From an uncultured Gemmatimonadaceae bacterium (GTDB lineage Bacteria; Gemmatimonadota; Gemmatimonadetes; Gemmatimonadales; Gemmatimonadaceae): a stretch of DNA of 64,000 nucleotides. The stretch lies in contig CAWBOC010000009.1 in the NCBI GenBank assembly GCA_963790305.1, positions 128,001 to 192,000 on the forward strand, in the 5' to 3' direction. Below the pieces are notes generated by a model, which did no database searches, was not told the DNA's origin, and worked only from the letters and a program-made list of their open reading frames with translations. Positions 20,136-30,615 of the stretch are shown here, one piece after another (the stretch's first letter is position 1; every line of letters starts with the position of its first letter). Both the position numbers and the translations under genes were made by a program.

Positions 20136-23100
20136 TGATCCGCTTGAAGTATTCGAGGACGGCACGCCGCTCCTCGGCGGTGAGGCCGCGGAGCTCGCTC
20201 CAGGTGGGCTCGCGATAACGGGCCGTCGGACGCGACCGAATATCGGCGGGAGGGGTGAACGTCCCCTCGGCGCCCGTCGCCGAGCGCGACTCGCGATCAC
20301 CGCGGTCATCGCGCTCCTCCTTCTCCAGCGTCAGACCCGCGTCGAGCAACCGGCGGAAGAGTCGCTGTTGCCGCTCCACCAGCGTGGGGTCGACGCGACC
20401 CGCGTCGAGCGCTTCCGCGATCTGTCGCATTTCACGGGCGAGCTCGGACGCGCGGCCGGAGCTGCTGTTCTTGCCTGCGTCATCGAGGCGATCGGCAAGG
20501 TTGCGCTGCTGTTCGGCGATCCCGCGCGCCTGCGCCTGACCCTGCGCGTTCATTCTTTGTCCGGGAATGGGCAGCAGTCCCTGCGCCTGCGCGTTGAGCG
20601 AGCCCTGCTGCTTGGCCATCTCGCGCATGCGCTCGAGCATCTCGGCAAAGCCTGAAGCGCTCTGCGACTGACCCACCTGCTCGCGATCCTTCACCAGCGC
20701 CGCCGCTGCGCGATTGAGCGCCTGCGCCGCTTCCTGCATCGCCGGCGCGGCGTCGCTGCCGCCTCGCTGCGATTCCGCGGTACGCTCGGTCGCCTGCTGC
20801 ACACGACGCCTCGCTTCGGCGAGAGCGCCCTGCGATTGCGGGGAGACGTGTGTCGATTTTTGCCCTGCCTTCTCGATCTTCTCGCCGACCCGCTCGACGC
20901 CTTGCTGCAGCGCACCCTGCTCGGCGCGCAGCGAGCCCTGCTCGGCACCCTCACGGGCCTTCTGGGCAAGAGCATCCTGCTCGCGCGCCATCTGAATCAT
21001 TTCCTGAATCGCGCGATCGAGCTCGCCCGTCAGCTCGTTCTTCCATTCCTGGATCTGTCCCTCGCGCGCCTCCGAAAGCTGCTGCGCCGCCTGTTCCATG
21101 TGCTCAGCCGCCTCTCGTGCGCCCGCGGCGCCCTTTTGCGCGCCGTCCTGGCGCTGCTGCGATTGCTGGCCCTGCGCGCCAGCCTGCTGACGGGCGGCAT
21201 CGCGCATTGCCTCCGCGGACTTGCGTGCCTCATCCGCGGCCTGCTCGAGCTTCGGCGGTCCCGCTTCGGCGCGCTCGTCCTCGAGCTTGCGCGCCAGCTG
21301 CTCCACCGCCTCGGCAAGCTTCTTCGACCGATCGCTGAGCTGCTTTCCTTGCTGCCCGGATTCCTTTCCGCGCGCCATCGAATCGGCGGTCGCCCGCTGC
21401 TGCTGCGCGAGGTCTCGCGCCTCGTCGCGAAGCGTCTGCATCGAGCCCTCGAGGGCAGCGCGCTTCAACATCTCGGCGCTCCGCTCGAGCTGCTTGCGGA
21501 GGCGCTCCTGCTGCTCCTTGAGATTCTCCAGCGCGCGACGCGTGTCGTCCGGCGAAAGCTTCTGCGCTGCGCGCGACAGCTCCTCGAGCTGGGCCGCGAG
21601 CTCGGGGGTGAGCGCGTCCTTCAGCAGCTCCTGCGCTTCGCGCAGCTGCCGGGTGAGCGACGTGTCGAGCGCTCCCGCCTCGCGCAGCTGCTTCTCCAGC
21701 GCCCGCGCGTCTTCACGGAGCTTCTCGACCTGCTCGGTGAGCTCTCGCTGCTCCTTCGCCAGCGCCTCCGCCTGCTCCGCAGCTTCGTACTCCATTCCCC
21801 GCTGCTGCTGCGAGTTGTCCCGGTCGCGCGAGCCGGCGGGACGCTGGTCGCGACGGCCCCGTGCGCGCGCCGCGTCCTCCGTACGCCGCTCGAGCTGACG
21901 CTGCGACTTGGCCGCGGCGGCAGCCCGCGACGCCGTGGAGTCGGCGAGCGCCCGCGCCATCTCTCGCCGCTCGGCAAGAGTCGGAACGCGCAGAACGAGC
22001 TCGCGGCTCTCGGCGCGCTGACGCCACGGCGAATCGTCGGTGGCCACCAGCACGACATGCAGCTCGTCGCCCGCCTCGAGCCCGCGTGGCGCGAGATCAA
22101 GGGGAACGGTGCCTAACCAGCGCGGCTCGGCGGGCGCCGTCATCGCCTGCGCTACCTCGGGCAGCGTCTGCCCCGATGCCTGTCGACGCCAGCTGCGCAG
22201 CACGATCGATCCAATGCCATGATCGTCGCTTGCCTCGGCCCGCAGCTCGATGCGATCGCCCGCGGCCACGATCGTGTCGGTGCGCGGAGCGAGGATCTCG
22301 ACGCGCGGGCTCGAGTCGGCCAGCACCGTCAGCTCGAGCGCGGCGGGCACATCGGCGATCGCACCCTGCGCACCCGACGCCCGCCACGTCCAGCGCCCGC
22401 TCTCCTGCGCCGAGAATCTCCCCGCGAAGGCGTGGCCGTCGGGGGTGAGGTGAATAGTGTCACCCTCCCGCGCGAGCGATACGCTTCGCAGCGCCGTGGA
22501 GGCGCGGCCACGCACCTGCAACGACGTTCCGCGCGGAACACGGAGGGGCTCCCCCACGGCGAGGACCTCGGGCGCGCGACGCAGATAGGCCGGATAGGTG
22601 GCGTTGATTGCGACGTCGCCGACGAAGGGGCGATCGGTGACCTGGATGAGGACGGTGTCGCTCGTCGCTCGACCGTCGGTCGCGATGAGCTTGAGATCCG
22701 CGTCGACGGGACCCAGTACGACCGTTGCCGTGCCCTGCTCCACCGGCAAGCTCTGCTCGTTCCACGGGCGACCGGTCGCGCGCGTGTGCAGCTGCACGGT
22801 ACGCCGCTCGGGCGCCGCAACGTTGAGCCGGACGTCCTCACCGCGGAGCACGTGCGTAGGCGGATCGAGGATCACGAGCGGAGGGAGCAGGTCGCCACTC
22901 CACGCCTTGACGGGGTGACGCATCGCACGCCAGCCATCGGGCGCGACGTCGCGGGCGACGGCAACCGTCGCGAGCGACCCGACGGCGACCAGCGCCGAGA
23001 GAACGCTCCAGCGCGTTGCGCGTCCCTGCATCGCGGGCGCCAGTGGCCGTCGTACCCGACCCAGCTCCGATGCCATGCGCTTCGCGGCGAGGTGTCCGAG

Positions 23101-23430
23101 GGGGCCTGACGAGTCGACCTCGAGCGCACCGCGCAGCGAGCCCGCCCGCATCGTGCGCTCCCGCTCGATTGCCGCGGCGATGGCCGACGCCGATGCGCGC
23201 CGGCGTCCTGCGCGCCACGACAGCACGATGAGGACGGCCAACACCACTCCCACCAGGGTCCATGCGCCCAGTGGCGCCGAGGGCCGGGTGATCCACCGCG
23301 CGCCGCCGAGGGCAAAGATGCTTGCCGCCAGCAGGGCGAGTCCGATCGCGAGCGCAATGGCGACGCCGCGCGTCACGAGCGCGATGCGCAAGCGTGAGCG
23401 CTCGCGGGCGATGATCTGGCCGACGGTCAC
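20113..23430 (-). CDS. Large membrane-anchored coiled-coil protein (DUF4175-like)
   Basis: Three N-terminal TMs, Ig-like region with YPAYL and ASDDHGI, long Q/E-rich coiled coil, C-terminal EYF. Confidence 0.75.
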   Translation of the reverse strand: MTVGQIIARERSRLRIALVTRGVAIALAIGLALLAASIFALGGARWITRPSAPLGAWTLVGVVLAVLIVLSWRAGRRRASASAIAAAIERERTMRAGSLRGALEVDSSGPLGHLAAKRMASELGRVRRPLAPAMQGRATRWSVLSALVAVGSLATVAVARDVAPDGWRAMRHPVKAWSGDLLPPLVILDPPTHVLRGEDVRLNVAAPERRTVQLHTRATGRPWNEQSLPVEQGTATVVLGPVDADLKLIATDGRATSDTVLIQVTDRPFVGDVAINATYPAYLRRAPEVLAVGEPLRVPRGTSLQVRGRASTALRSVSLAREGDTIHLTPDGHAFAGRFSAQESGRWTWRASGAQGAIADVPAALELTVLADSSPRVEILAPRTDTIVAAGDRIELRAEASDDHGIGSIVLRSWRRQASGQTLPEVAQAMTAPAEPRWLGTVPLDLAPRGLEAGDELHVVLVATDDSPWRQRAESRELVLRVPTLAERREMARALADSTASRAAAAAKSQRQLERRTEDAARARGRRDQRPAGSRDRDNSQQQRGMEYEAAEQAEALAKEQRELTEQVEKLREDARALEKQLREAGALDTSLTRQLREAQELLKDALTPELAAQLEELSRAAQKLSPDDTRRALENLKEQQERLRKQLERSAEMLKRAALEGSMQTLRDEARDLAQQQRATADSMARGKESGQQGKQLSDRSKKLAEAVEQLARKLEDERAEAGPPKLEQAADEARKSAEAMRDAARQQAGAQGQQSQQRQDGAQKGAAGAREAAEHMEQAAQQLSEAREGQIQEWKNELTGELDRAIQEMIQMAREQDALAQKAREGAEQGSLRAEQGALQQGVERVGEKIEKAGQKSTHVSPQSQGALAEARRRVQQATERTAESQRGGSDAAPAMQEAAQALNRAAAALVKDREQVGQSQSASGFAEMLERMREMAKQQGSLNAQAQGLLPIPGQRMNAQGQAQARGIAEQQRNLADRLDDAGKNSSSGRASELAREMRQIAEALDAGRVDPTLVERQQRLFRRLLDAGLTLEKEERDDRGDRESRSATGAEGTFTPPADIRSRPTARYREPTWSELRGLTAEERRAVLEYFKRINAESERP

Positions 23431-24095
23431 GAGACCGGCCTGCTGGTGATCGCGTACACGAAGAGGTTCACCCCCATCCGCAGCGCGGCTTCGTGCAGCT
23501 CGGGTGGGTCCTTGTGCACGTCGGGATCCTCCCAGCCATCGCCAAGGTCCGCTTCGTAATCGTAGAACACGGCCAGGCGATCGCCGAGAAAGATACCAAG
23601 CCCTCGTGGAGGCTTCCCGTCATGCTCGTGAATCTTTGGTAAACCTTTCGGGAACTCGTACACGAGGTTGTAGATCGGATGCTTCAGCGGCACATCCACG
23701 AGCGGCCGCTCGGGGAAAACACGAGCGATCTCTCGCCGGAAGCTGGAGTCGAGTCCGTAGTTGTCGCTGACGTGCAGGAACCCGCCGCGCAGGAGGTACT
23801 CACGCAAGCGCTCCACCTCACCGTCGCTCAGCTTGATGTTCCCGTGTCCGGTGATGTGGAGGAACGGGTAGTCCCACAGCCGATCGTCGAGCAGGGTCAC
23901 GCGCGCCTCGCGCTGTTCCACCGGCAACGTCGTCCGCTCGGCAATCGCCCGCAGCAGATTGGGGATGCTGGACGGATTGGCGTACCAGTCACCCCCGCCA
24001 TCGTATTGCACGCGCGCGACGGTCAGTCGCGTGGGCGCCGCGCCGAAGGTGATCGTCGCGAGAGCAAGGACGGCGAGCGTGCGGGCGAAGGTCAT
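23427..24095 (-). CDS. DUF4159 domain protein
   Basis: GGGDWY, YPFLHITGHG, YLLRGGFL, DLGDGWE, ALRMGVN. Confidence 0.88.
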   Translation of the reverse strand: MTFARTLAVLALATITFGAAPTRLTVARVQYDGGGDWYANPSSIPNLLRAIAERTTLPVEQREARVTLLDDRLWDYPFLHITGHGNIKLSDGEVERLREYLLRGGFLHVSDNYGLDSSFRREIARVFPERPLVDVPLKHPIYNLVYEFPKGLPKIHEHDGKPPRGLGIFLGDRLAVFYDYEADLGDGWEDPDVHKDPPELHEAALRMGVNLFVYAITSRPVS

Positions 24096-24922
24096 TCGTG
24101 AGCGATACGGTAGGCGAGGTTGCGTGGAGCGTGATGGTCTTCAACCAGTAGACGAACGATGTCGCGAGTCGATGCGCCCCCGGCGCGAAGCCGCTGAGCC
24201 TGTTCGCGGAGGGCGCCCTCGTCGAGGGGGGCCGAGGCGACTCCACCCAGCACGATGACGACTTCGCCCTTGGGGGCGCTTTCCCCATAGTACTCGGCGA
24301 GCTCGTCAACCGTTCCGCGGCGGAACTCCTCGAATTGCTTGGTCATCTCCCGTGCCACCACGACCTCGCGACCGCCGCCACCGCGTGTGGCGATGTCCCG
24401 CAGCGTGTCCGCCACCCGATTAGCCGCCTCATAGAGCACCGCAGTGTGGGGAAGCCCCATGAGGGAACCCAGCGCCTCCACACGTTCCTTGCCCTTCCGG
24501 GGCAGGAAGCCGAAGAAGGTGAAGCGCTCGGCATCGAGCCCCGAGCCTGCCAGCGCCGCGAGCAGCGCCGACGCCCCCGGTATCGGGCTTACAGACACCC
24601 CGGCGTCGATGGCGGCGCGGACGAGGCGGGCGCCAGGGTCCGACAGGAGCGGAGTGCCGGCATCGCTGATCAGAGCGAACGACTGCCCCTCGAGCAGGCG
24701 CGCAACGATCCGCGGTGTCTGGCGCGCCTCGTTATGCTCGTGATAGGCCTCCACCGGCGTCGTGATGCCGTGATGCGTGAGGAGATGCCGCGAATGGCGG
24801 GTATCCTCGGCCAGAATGGTGCTCACCCCGCGCAGTGTCTCGATCGCGCGCAGGCTAATGTCGCCGAGGTTGCCGATGGGCGTGCTGACGAGATGGAGCC
24901 GCCCGGGCTGTGGGAAATTCAC
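24092..24922 (-). CDS. rsmI: 16S rRNA C1402 2'-O-methyltransferase
   Basis: TPIGNLGDI, AEDTR, SDAGTPLLSDPG, REMTKQFEE. Confidence 0.96.
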   Translation of the reverse strand: MNFPQPGRLHLVSTPIGNLGDISLRAIETLRGVSTILAEDTRHSRHLLTHHGITTPVEAYHEHNEARQTPRIVARLLEGQSFALISDAGTPLLSDPGARLVRAAIDAGVSVSPIPGASALLAALAGSGLDAERFTFFGFLPRKGKERVEALGSLMGLPHTAVLYEAANRVADTLRDIATRGGGGREVVVAREMTKQFEEFRRGTVDELAEYYGESAPKGEVVIVLGGVASAPLDEGALREQAQRLRAGGASTRDIVRLLVEDHHAPRNLAYRIAHE

Positions 24923-24934
24923 GGTCTCGAAAGT

Positions 24935-25020
24935 AAGGCGCTGAGAGCGCTAGGGGCGCCAAGGGCGCTAAGGGCATAGCGGTTCAGCGCCCCTAGCGCC
25001 CTTAGCGCCCCTAGCGCCCT
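24935..25020. repeat. Inverted 9-nt tandem-repeat hairpin (GGGCGCTAG / CTAGCGCCC)
   Basis: Fills the trxA-rsmI spacer; same family as 1311-1402. Confidence 0.85.
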
Positions 25021-25025
25021 GCCGC

Positions 25026-25349
25026 TTACGCGTGCTCGGCGAACTTCCGCTCGAGGTGCGACTTGGGTACCGCGCCGACGACCGTATCCACGTGCTTTCC
25101 GTCCTTGAAGAACAGGATGCTCGGGATCGACCGGACGTTGAAACGCATCGCGGTCTGCTGATTGGTGTCGACGTCGACCTTTGCGACCTTGGCCTTGCCA
25201 TTGTATTCAGACGCAAGCTGATCGAGAATCGGCGCGATCATGCGACACGGGCCACACCACGTCGCCCAGAAATCCACGACCGCCAGTCCCTTGTGCTCCT
25301 CGATCTCGACTCCGAACGTCGCGTCCGTCACCGCCATTGAGTTCGACAT
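25026..25349 (-). CDS. trxA: Thioredoxin
   Basis: WCGPC active site, VRSIP; SD GGAGG upstream of ATG 25349. Confidence 0.97.
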   Translation of the reverse strand: MSNSMAVTDATFGVEIEEHKGLAVVDFWATWCGPCRMIAPILDQLASEYNGKAKVAKVDVDTNQQTAMRFNVRSIPSILFFKDGKHVDTVVGAVPKSHLERKFAEHA

Positions 25350-25360
25350 CCCCTTCCTCC

Positions 25361-25395
25361 AAAAAAAAAGCGGGGTTCCACGGGGTGCCCCCGCT
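25361..25395 (-). terminator. Terminator-like hairpin plus U9 directly upstream of the trxA SD
   Basis: Minus strand AGCGGGG...CCCCGCT followed by a T run, then GGAGG. Confidence 0.45.
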
Positions 25396-25439
25396 GGCCA
25401 GATTTGTTCGTCGTTCTCGCACCGGAGCGCGAGTCCCAC

Positions 25440-25850
25440 ATGAAAGATAATCACCGCCGCGGCGTCCGCATCGCGCACATTGGCATTGCCGTGCGCGCAC
25501 TCGACGAATCCCTGCCGTTCTACCGCGACGTCCTGGGGCTGCCTGAGGTCCCTCTCGATGACTCCGACGGTGCCACGATTGTCGGTCTCGCGACCGGGGA
25601 CTCGCTCGTCGAGCTGCTGGAAGCTACTTCCCCCGACTCACCGGTGGGACGTTTCGTCGACCGGCGCGGCCCGGGAATCCATCACATCTGCTTCGTGGTC
25701 GACGATCTGGATGCGACGCTCGAGCGTTGCCGTTCAGCCGGCATTCGTCTCATCGACGACGTGCCGCGGCCTGGCGCGGAGGGCAAGCGAATCGCGTTTC
25801 TTCACCCCTCGTCGACGAGCGGAGTGCTCGTCGAGCTCACCGAGGATTAA
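25440..25850 (+). CDS. mce: Methylmalonyl-CoA epimerase (VOC family)
   Basis: HIGIAV, VELLE, GPGIHHICF, FLHP..GVLVEL. Confidence 0.9.
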   Translation: MKDNHRRGVRIAHIGIAVRALDESLPFYRDVLGLPEVPLDDSDGATIVGLATGDSLVELLEATSPDSPVGRFVDRRGPGIHHICFVVDDLDATLERCRSAGIRLIDDVPRPGAEGKRIAFLHPSSTSGVLVELTED

Positions 25851-25881
25851 CGCCCGGTGAACTACCGAGGGTTCCAGCGCG

Positions 25882-26316
25882 TTACCCCGTCGGCATGTTG
25901 CGACAGAGATCCTTCACCGGCTCGAGGTCGGCGCTCTCGACGTACCACCGCTCCGAGGGCCCTTGCGTTGCGGTGAAGTTGGTCGCGCGAGTGATGGGGC
26001 CGCGCGTAAGCTCTACTCGGAAGACCCGCTTCCCCGCCTGTCCGGGTCCTTCGTTGAGAATCCGGAAGCGCTCGTGAGCGAGCATGCACTGCATGACGAG
26101 CTCGCGCTTCTCGAGCTCCCGCCGTTCGATGAGATCGCGCGCCGGACCCTTCTCGGACCCCCAGATGACCGACATGGCCTGGAGATCCTGTGCACGGACC
26201 GCGGCGAGAAACTGCTCGACCGCGGTGCGAGGCGCGGGCGCGCCGGTGAGTGGCCCAGTGGTCTTTGGGCCGCACGCGGCGAGTACCAGAACGAACGCGA
26301 TGATCGAGCGCTTCAC
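25882..26316 (-). CDS. Hypothetical lipoprotein
   Basis: Lipobox LAAC; good coding codon usage. Confidence 0.7.
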   Translation of the reverse strand: MKRSIIAFVLVLAACGPKTTGPLTGAPAPRTAVEQFLAAVRAQDLQAMSVIWGSEKGPARDLIERRELEKRELVMQCMLAHERFRILNEGPGQAGKRVFRVELTRGPITRATNFTATQGPSERWYVESADLEPVKDLCRNMPTG

Positions 26317-26365
26317 AGGGCTGTCTCCGGCGTGCTTGTGAGCGAGAACCTACTGGGGGGCTGAC

Positions 26366-27106
26366 ATGCGAGCAACCCACCTACGACTGTACATCAACGT
26401 CGACCACGTCGCGACGCTGCGACAAGCGCGACGCACCGATGAGCCAGATCCCGTGATCGCGGCGGAGCTGTGCGAGCGCGCTGGCGCCGACGGCATCACC
26501 GCGCACCTGCGCGAGGATCGGCGACACATCCAGGATGACGACGTACGGCGGCTCGCCGCCACAGTCCGGACCGTGCTCAATCTCGAGATGGCGCTCACCG
26601 AGGAGATGCTCGGCATCGCGCTGTCGTTGCAACCCTACCAGGTGACGTTCGTTCCGGAGCGGCGCGAGGAGATCACGACCGAGGGCGGCCTCGACGTCGG
26701 TCGCGATCCGAGGGCGCTCCGGGATGGCATCACCCGCCTGAAACGTGCGGGCATCCGTAGCAGTCTGTTCATCGCCCCCGACCCCGAGGCGGTGGCTCGG
26801 TCACGCGAGCTCGGGGCAGATGCGATCGAGCTGCACACGGGTCGGTACGCGCACGCGTCGCATGAGACACGAACGATCGACGCGTTGCGGCAAGCTGCAC
26901 AACTGGGAGCTGAAGCGGGCCTGGCCGTTCATGCGGGACACGGGCTGACTGTGCGGAACGTCGGCCTGGTGGCGGCGGTGCCGGAGATCGAAGAGCTGAA
27001 CATCGGTCACTCGATCGTCAGCCGCGCAGTGTTCGTCGGCATCGAGAAAGCGGTGCAGGAAATGCGAGAAGTCATGCGCTCGGCAAGGCAGGCGTCAGAT
27101 CGTTAG
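26366..27106 (+). CDS. pdxJ: Pyridoxine 5'-phosphate synthase
   Basis: [37 protein letters not shown]. Confidence 0.97.
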   Translation: MRATHLRLYINVDHVATLRQARRTDEPDPVIAAELCERAGADGITAHLREDRRHIQDDDVRRLAATVRTVLNLEMALTEEMLGIALSLQPYQVTFVPERREEITTEGGLDVGRDPRALRDGITRLKRAGIRSSLFIAPDPEAVARSRELGADAIELHTGRYAHASHETRTIDALRQAAQLGAEAGLAVHAGHGLTVRNVGLVAAVPEIEELNIGHSIVSRAVFVGIEKAVQEMREVMRSARQASDR

Positions 27107-27171
27107 AACTCCAGCGCTCCGGCTCCGGATGGTCAGAAGTATGTTGAGATCTTCGAACCCATGAGAGGAAC

Positions 27172-28671
27172 ATGACGTCGCCTGTTGGCCTCCTCGATTT
27201 CTTCATTCTCGAGGCGAACGACTCGATCGATCGGCTCGACGGGGCCATCAGCGGGGCCGCCACCCGCCCCCCCGATGTCGACCTGTTACTGCGCCACGCG
27301 CGGACGCTGCGGGGCAGCTCCACCATGGCACGACAGAATGGGATCGCCGAAGTCGCGGGCGGGATCGAGCGCATTGCTCGTGCGCTGCGCGATGGTGAAG
27401 CGACATGGAGCCAGTCGCTGCACGCGGCGCTCGTGGCCGCCGTGGATGACTTGAAGCTGCTGCTCCGCTCGGTGCGAAACTGGAGCACAGCCGATGAACG
27501 CCGCGCCCAATCGCGCACCGCGGAGCTGGCGCGGCTCGCGCCCGAGGTGCAGCGTCGCACGCCGACGCCCAGCTCCACCGGCGGGAGCGCGTTCCTCGTC
27601 GCCGAAACCGGCGACATCGCCGATGCCCTCGAACAGGTGGTTCGCCGACCCGGCGATCGCGAGGCGCTGGACGCCGCGCTCCGTCATGTCCGTACGCTGC
27701 GCGGGGTCGCATCCGTCCGGGATGTCCCGCCACTGCCGGAGGTCGTCGACGCCATCGAGCGTGCCGCCAAGCCGCTCGAGATTGGGACGCTCACCTCCCC
27801 CACCGTCAGGCAGCTCGCGCTGCTCACGGCGGCTGCGATGCTATTGCGACGCATCTCGACGGAGCTGGGTGGAGGCCGCAGGCCCGATTCGAACTCGCCC
27901 GAGGTACGCCAGTTCGCCGCGGCGGCGTCCGCGCTGGCCGAGGAGGCGCCACAGGCCGACCACATCGTCCCGATCGCGGCACTCTTCCATGGCGACACTG
28001 GTCCACACCTGGTGTCGACATCGCCGAACCCACCGACGACACCTCCGGAGCGCTTCCGGATGGAGGTGGTCAGTCAGGCGGAGCACCTTCGCCGGTTGGT
28101 TGCCGATGCGCGCTCGTCGAATGACCCGGCATCCCGCGAGCGCCTTGGACGCGAGCTCCGGACCGCGCTGCGTGCGCTCGAGGCAGCCGCGGTGAGCTTC
28201 GACGAGCGGGGCGTGGCGGGAATCGCACGAGACGGGGCCGCCACCGCCGCATCGCTCGACCCGCGCGCGCTCGAATCCCTCGATCGCCTCGCGACGGTGC
28301 TCGCCGATCCTCGGCTTCAGTCGTCCGATCTCACGCGCGAAATCGAGGCACTCGGGCGGCCGGCAGCTCGCGCGCCGTCGGCTCCCGCCCCAGCCCGCGG
28401 TCGCACCATGACTCCGACCGGCCGGGAGCTGAAGGATTTTCTCGACCAGGGCATCGAAACGCTCGACCGACTGCAGGACAAGCCGCTCCGCGAGCCGACG
28501 CCGCTGCCTGACGAGAAGATCGTTCCCATTCAGGAGCTTCTCTACCGGGGGCGCGCGGCTGTCGAGCGGGCGCGAACGCTGCGCGATGAGCTGCGCAGGC
28601 ACGGCAGCTCCCCACCGCAGGACGTCATCGACGAGTTGTACGATTTGCTGGATCTCGCGCTGGTCGAGTGA
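27172..28671 (+). CDS. Protein with tandem Hpt-like helical bundles lacking the canonical His
   Basis: LDFFILEA..LLRHARTLRGSS and FLVAE..LRHVRTLRGVA resemble CheA P1/Hpt; SD GAGGA upstream. Confidence 0.65.
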   Translation: MTSPVGLLDFFILEANDSIDRLDGAISGAATRPPDVDLLLRHARTLRGSSTMARQNGIAEVAGGIERIARALRDGEATWSQSLHAALVAAVDDLKLLLRSVRNWSTADERRAQSRTAELARLAPEVQRRTPTPSSTGGSAFLVAETGDIADALEQVVRRPGDREALDAALRHVRTLRGVASVRDVPPLPEVVDAIERAAKPLEIGTLTSPTVRQLALLTAAAMLLRRISTELGGGRRPDSNSPEVRQFAAAASALAEEAPQADHIVPIAALFHGDTGPHLVSTSPNPPTTPPERFRMEVVSQAEHLRRLVADARSSNDPASRERLGRELRTALRALEAAAVSFDERGVAGIARDGAATAASLDPRALESLDRLATVLADPRLQSSDLTREIEALGRPAARAPSAPAPARGRTMTPTGRELKDFLDQGIETLDRLQDKPLREPTPLPDEKIVPIQELLYRGRAAVERARTLRDELRRHGSSPPQDVIDELYDLLDLALVE

Positions 28672-28691
28672 ACCGCGCAGACTGATACGCA

Positions 28692-29706
28692 ATGAAATTC
28701 GGATGGCGTAGCGCGCTCGGCATTCTGCTGAGCGTCCTCTTGCTCGCCTTCACGCTGCGCGGCGTCGATTTCGGCGATGTCGCGCAGGCGCTGCGCGCAT
28801 TCGAGCCTCCCGCTCTTTTTGCTCGCCACGGCGGTCGGGACGATCATCTTCCCGCTACGCGCGCGGCGGTGGAAGACGATCCTTTCCCCGATCGACGATC
28901 AGATTCCGTTTGCACCGTTGTGGCGGTCCACCGCCATCGGCATGATGGTGAACAACGTGGTTCCGGCGCGCGCCGGTGAGCTGGCGCGGGCGTTCGCCCT
29001 CACGCGCGAGCGGCCAAGCATTCCCTTCTCCGCGTCCTTCGCATCGCTGGCGGTCGATCGCCTGTTCGACGCCTTCGTCGTCCTCTCGCTCATGCTGCTG
29101 GCGATGCTCGACCCGGCGTTCCCGCGAGGTGAGCGCGTGGCCGGGCAGCTCGTATCGCACTGGGTCGCGTGGGGCGCGATCGCGGCAGGACTGTTTCTGG
29201 TTGCGGTCTATCTGATCGTGTTCTTCCCGAGCCGCATCGTCACGCTGTATCAGGCTTTTGCTCGCCGGGTCGCCCCGCGGCTCGAGCAGCGAGGGACGGA
29301 CGTGCTGCTCGCGTTCGCATCAGGGCTCAGCGTCTTGCGATCACCGGTCCGCTTTCTGGTGGTGCTGCTCTGGACCGTGGTGCATTGGATCGTGAACGCG
29401 CTCGCGTGGTGGATCGGGTGCAAGGCGGTGGGCATCGCCGTGCCGTTCAGCGCCATGTTCGTCCTTCAAGGTCTCATCGCCATCGGCGTTGCCGTGCCGT
29501 CGGCGCCCGGGTTCTTCGGTGTGTTCGAGGCGCTGGGACGCGAGGGACTCGGTTTGTATGGCATCGACCCGACGCTGGCAGTGACCTGGGCGATCGGTTA
29601 TCACCTGTTGTCGTTCATCCCGATTACCCTCATCGGCGCATACTACTTCGTGCGGCTGGGACTCCACTTCCGCGACCTCGGCACGGCGACGGAGCGCACG
29701 ACGTGA
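28692..29706 (+). CDS. Lysylphosphatidylglycerol-synthase TM domain / flippase-like protein (frameshift near 28800)
   Basis: RARRW, NNVVPARAGELAR, DRLFD, PSAPGFFGVFE. Confidence 0.85.
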
Positions 29707-30602
29707 GCGTTCCGGCCGCGCGCTTGTCGGCGCAGGCCAAGGTCAACCTCGCGCTTCGAGTGGGCCCGCGGAGTCCGGACGGGTACCACGAGATCGCAAC
29801 GCTCTTCGCCCGCATCGAGCTCGCTGACGACGTGGTCGTGCGCACGCTCCGGAGCGGGGTCACGATCACCGTGAGACGTTCGGGCCTGCCTGACGAGTCG
29901 GTGGGGCCGCCCGACAGGAATCTTGGCGTGCTCGCGGCGCGGGCGTACATGCGCGAAGCGAATTGGCCCACTGGCTGCGCCATCGATATCGAGAAGCGCA
30001 TTCCGGTCGGCGCGGGACTGGGTGGCGGGAGCGCCGATGCGGGCGCCGTGTTGCGAGGGCTCGACTCGCTTTCACCGAGTCCACTCGGCATCGACCGGCT
30101 CTCCCGAATCGCGACATCGCTTGGCGCGGACGTCCCCTTCCTCACGCTCGACGCACCGCTCGCGTTGGGATGCGGACGCGGAGATGACGTGGAGGTGCTG
30201 GAGCCACTGCCGTCACGCTGGCTCGCCCTCGTGCATCCCCCATTCGCCGTGTCCACCGCGGACGCGTATGCATGGCTCGACGCCGACCGCGCGCACCGGC
30301 AAGCGGACGGGCTCGATTCGAAGGCACTGCGGGAGGCCGCACGGGATTGGGATACCGTGGTCGCGATCGCCGCCAACGACCTGCAGTCTCCGGTCGAAGC
30401 CCGCCATCCCGTCATCGCGATGCATTGCGATCAGTTGCGCCGCGCCGGGGCTCGCCTGGCGATGATGTCCGGCTCCGGGTCGGCGGTGTTCGGGCTATTC
30501 GACGAGGAACCTGATGTCGTCGCCCTCGAGCGCGCGAGCAATGCTACAGTGATCGCGACGCGGATCCCCGCGCGTGTTGTCGGTCATCTCTCGAACGAGT
30601 AG
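29703..30602 (+). CDS. ispE: 4-diphosphocytidyl-2-C-methyl-D-erythritol kinase
   Basis: AKVNLAL, GYHEI, KRIPVGAGLGGGSADA, GADVPF, MSGSGS. Confidence 0.96.
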   Translation: MSVPAARLSAQAKVNLALRVGPRSPDGYHEIATLFARIELADDVVVRTLRSGVTITVRRSGLPDESVGPPDRNLGVLAARAYMREANWPTGCAIDIEKRIPVGAGLGGGSADAGAVLRGLDSLSPSPLGIDRLSRIATSLGADVPFLTLDAPLALGCGRGDDVEVLEPLPSRWLALVHPPFAVSTADAYAWLDADRAHRQADGLDSKALREAARDWDTVVAIAANDLQSPVEARHPVIAMHCDQLRRAGARLAMMSGSGSAVFGLFDEEPDVVALERASNATVIATRIPARVVGHLSNE

Positions 30603-30615
30603 CTTTCAAGGCTGC

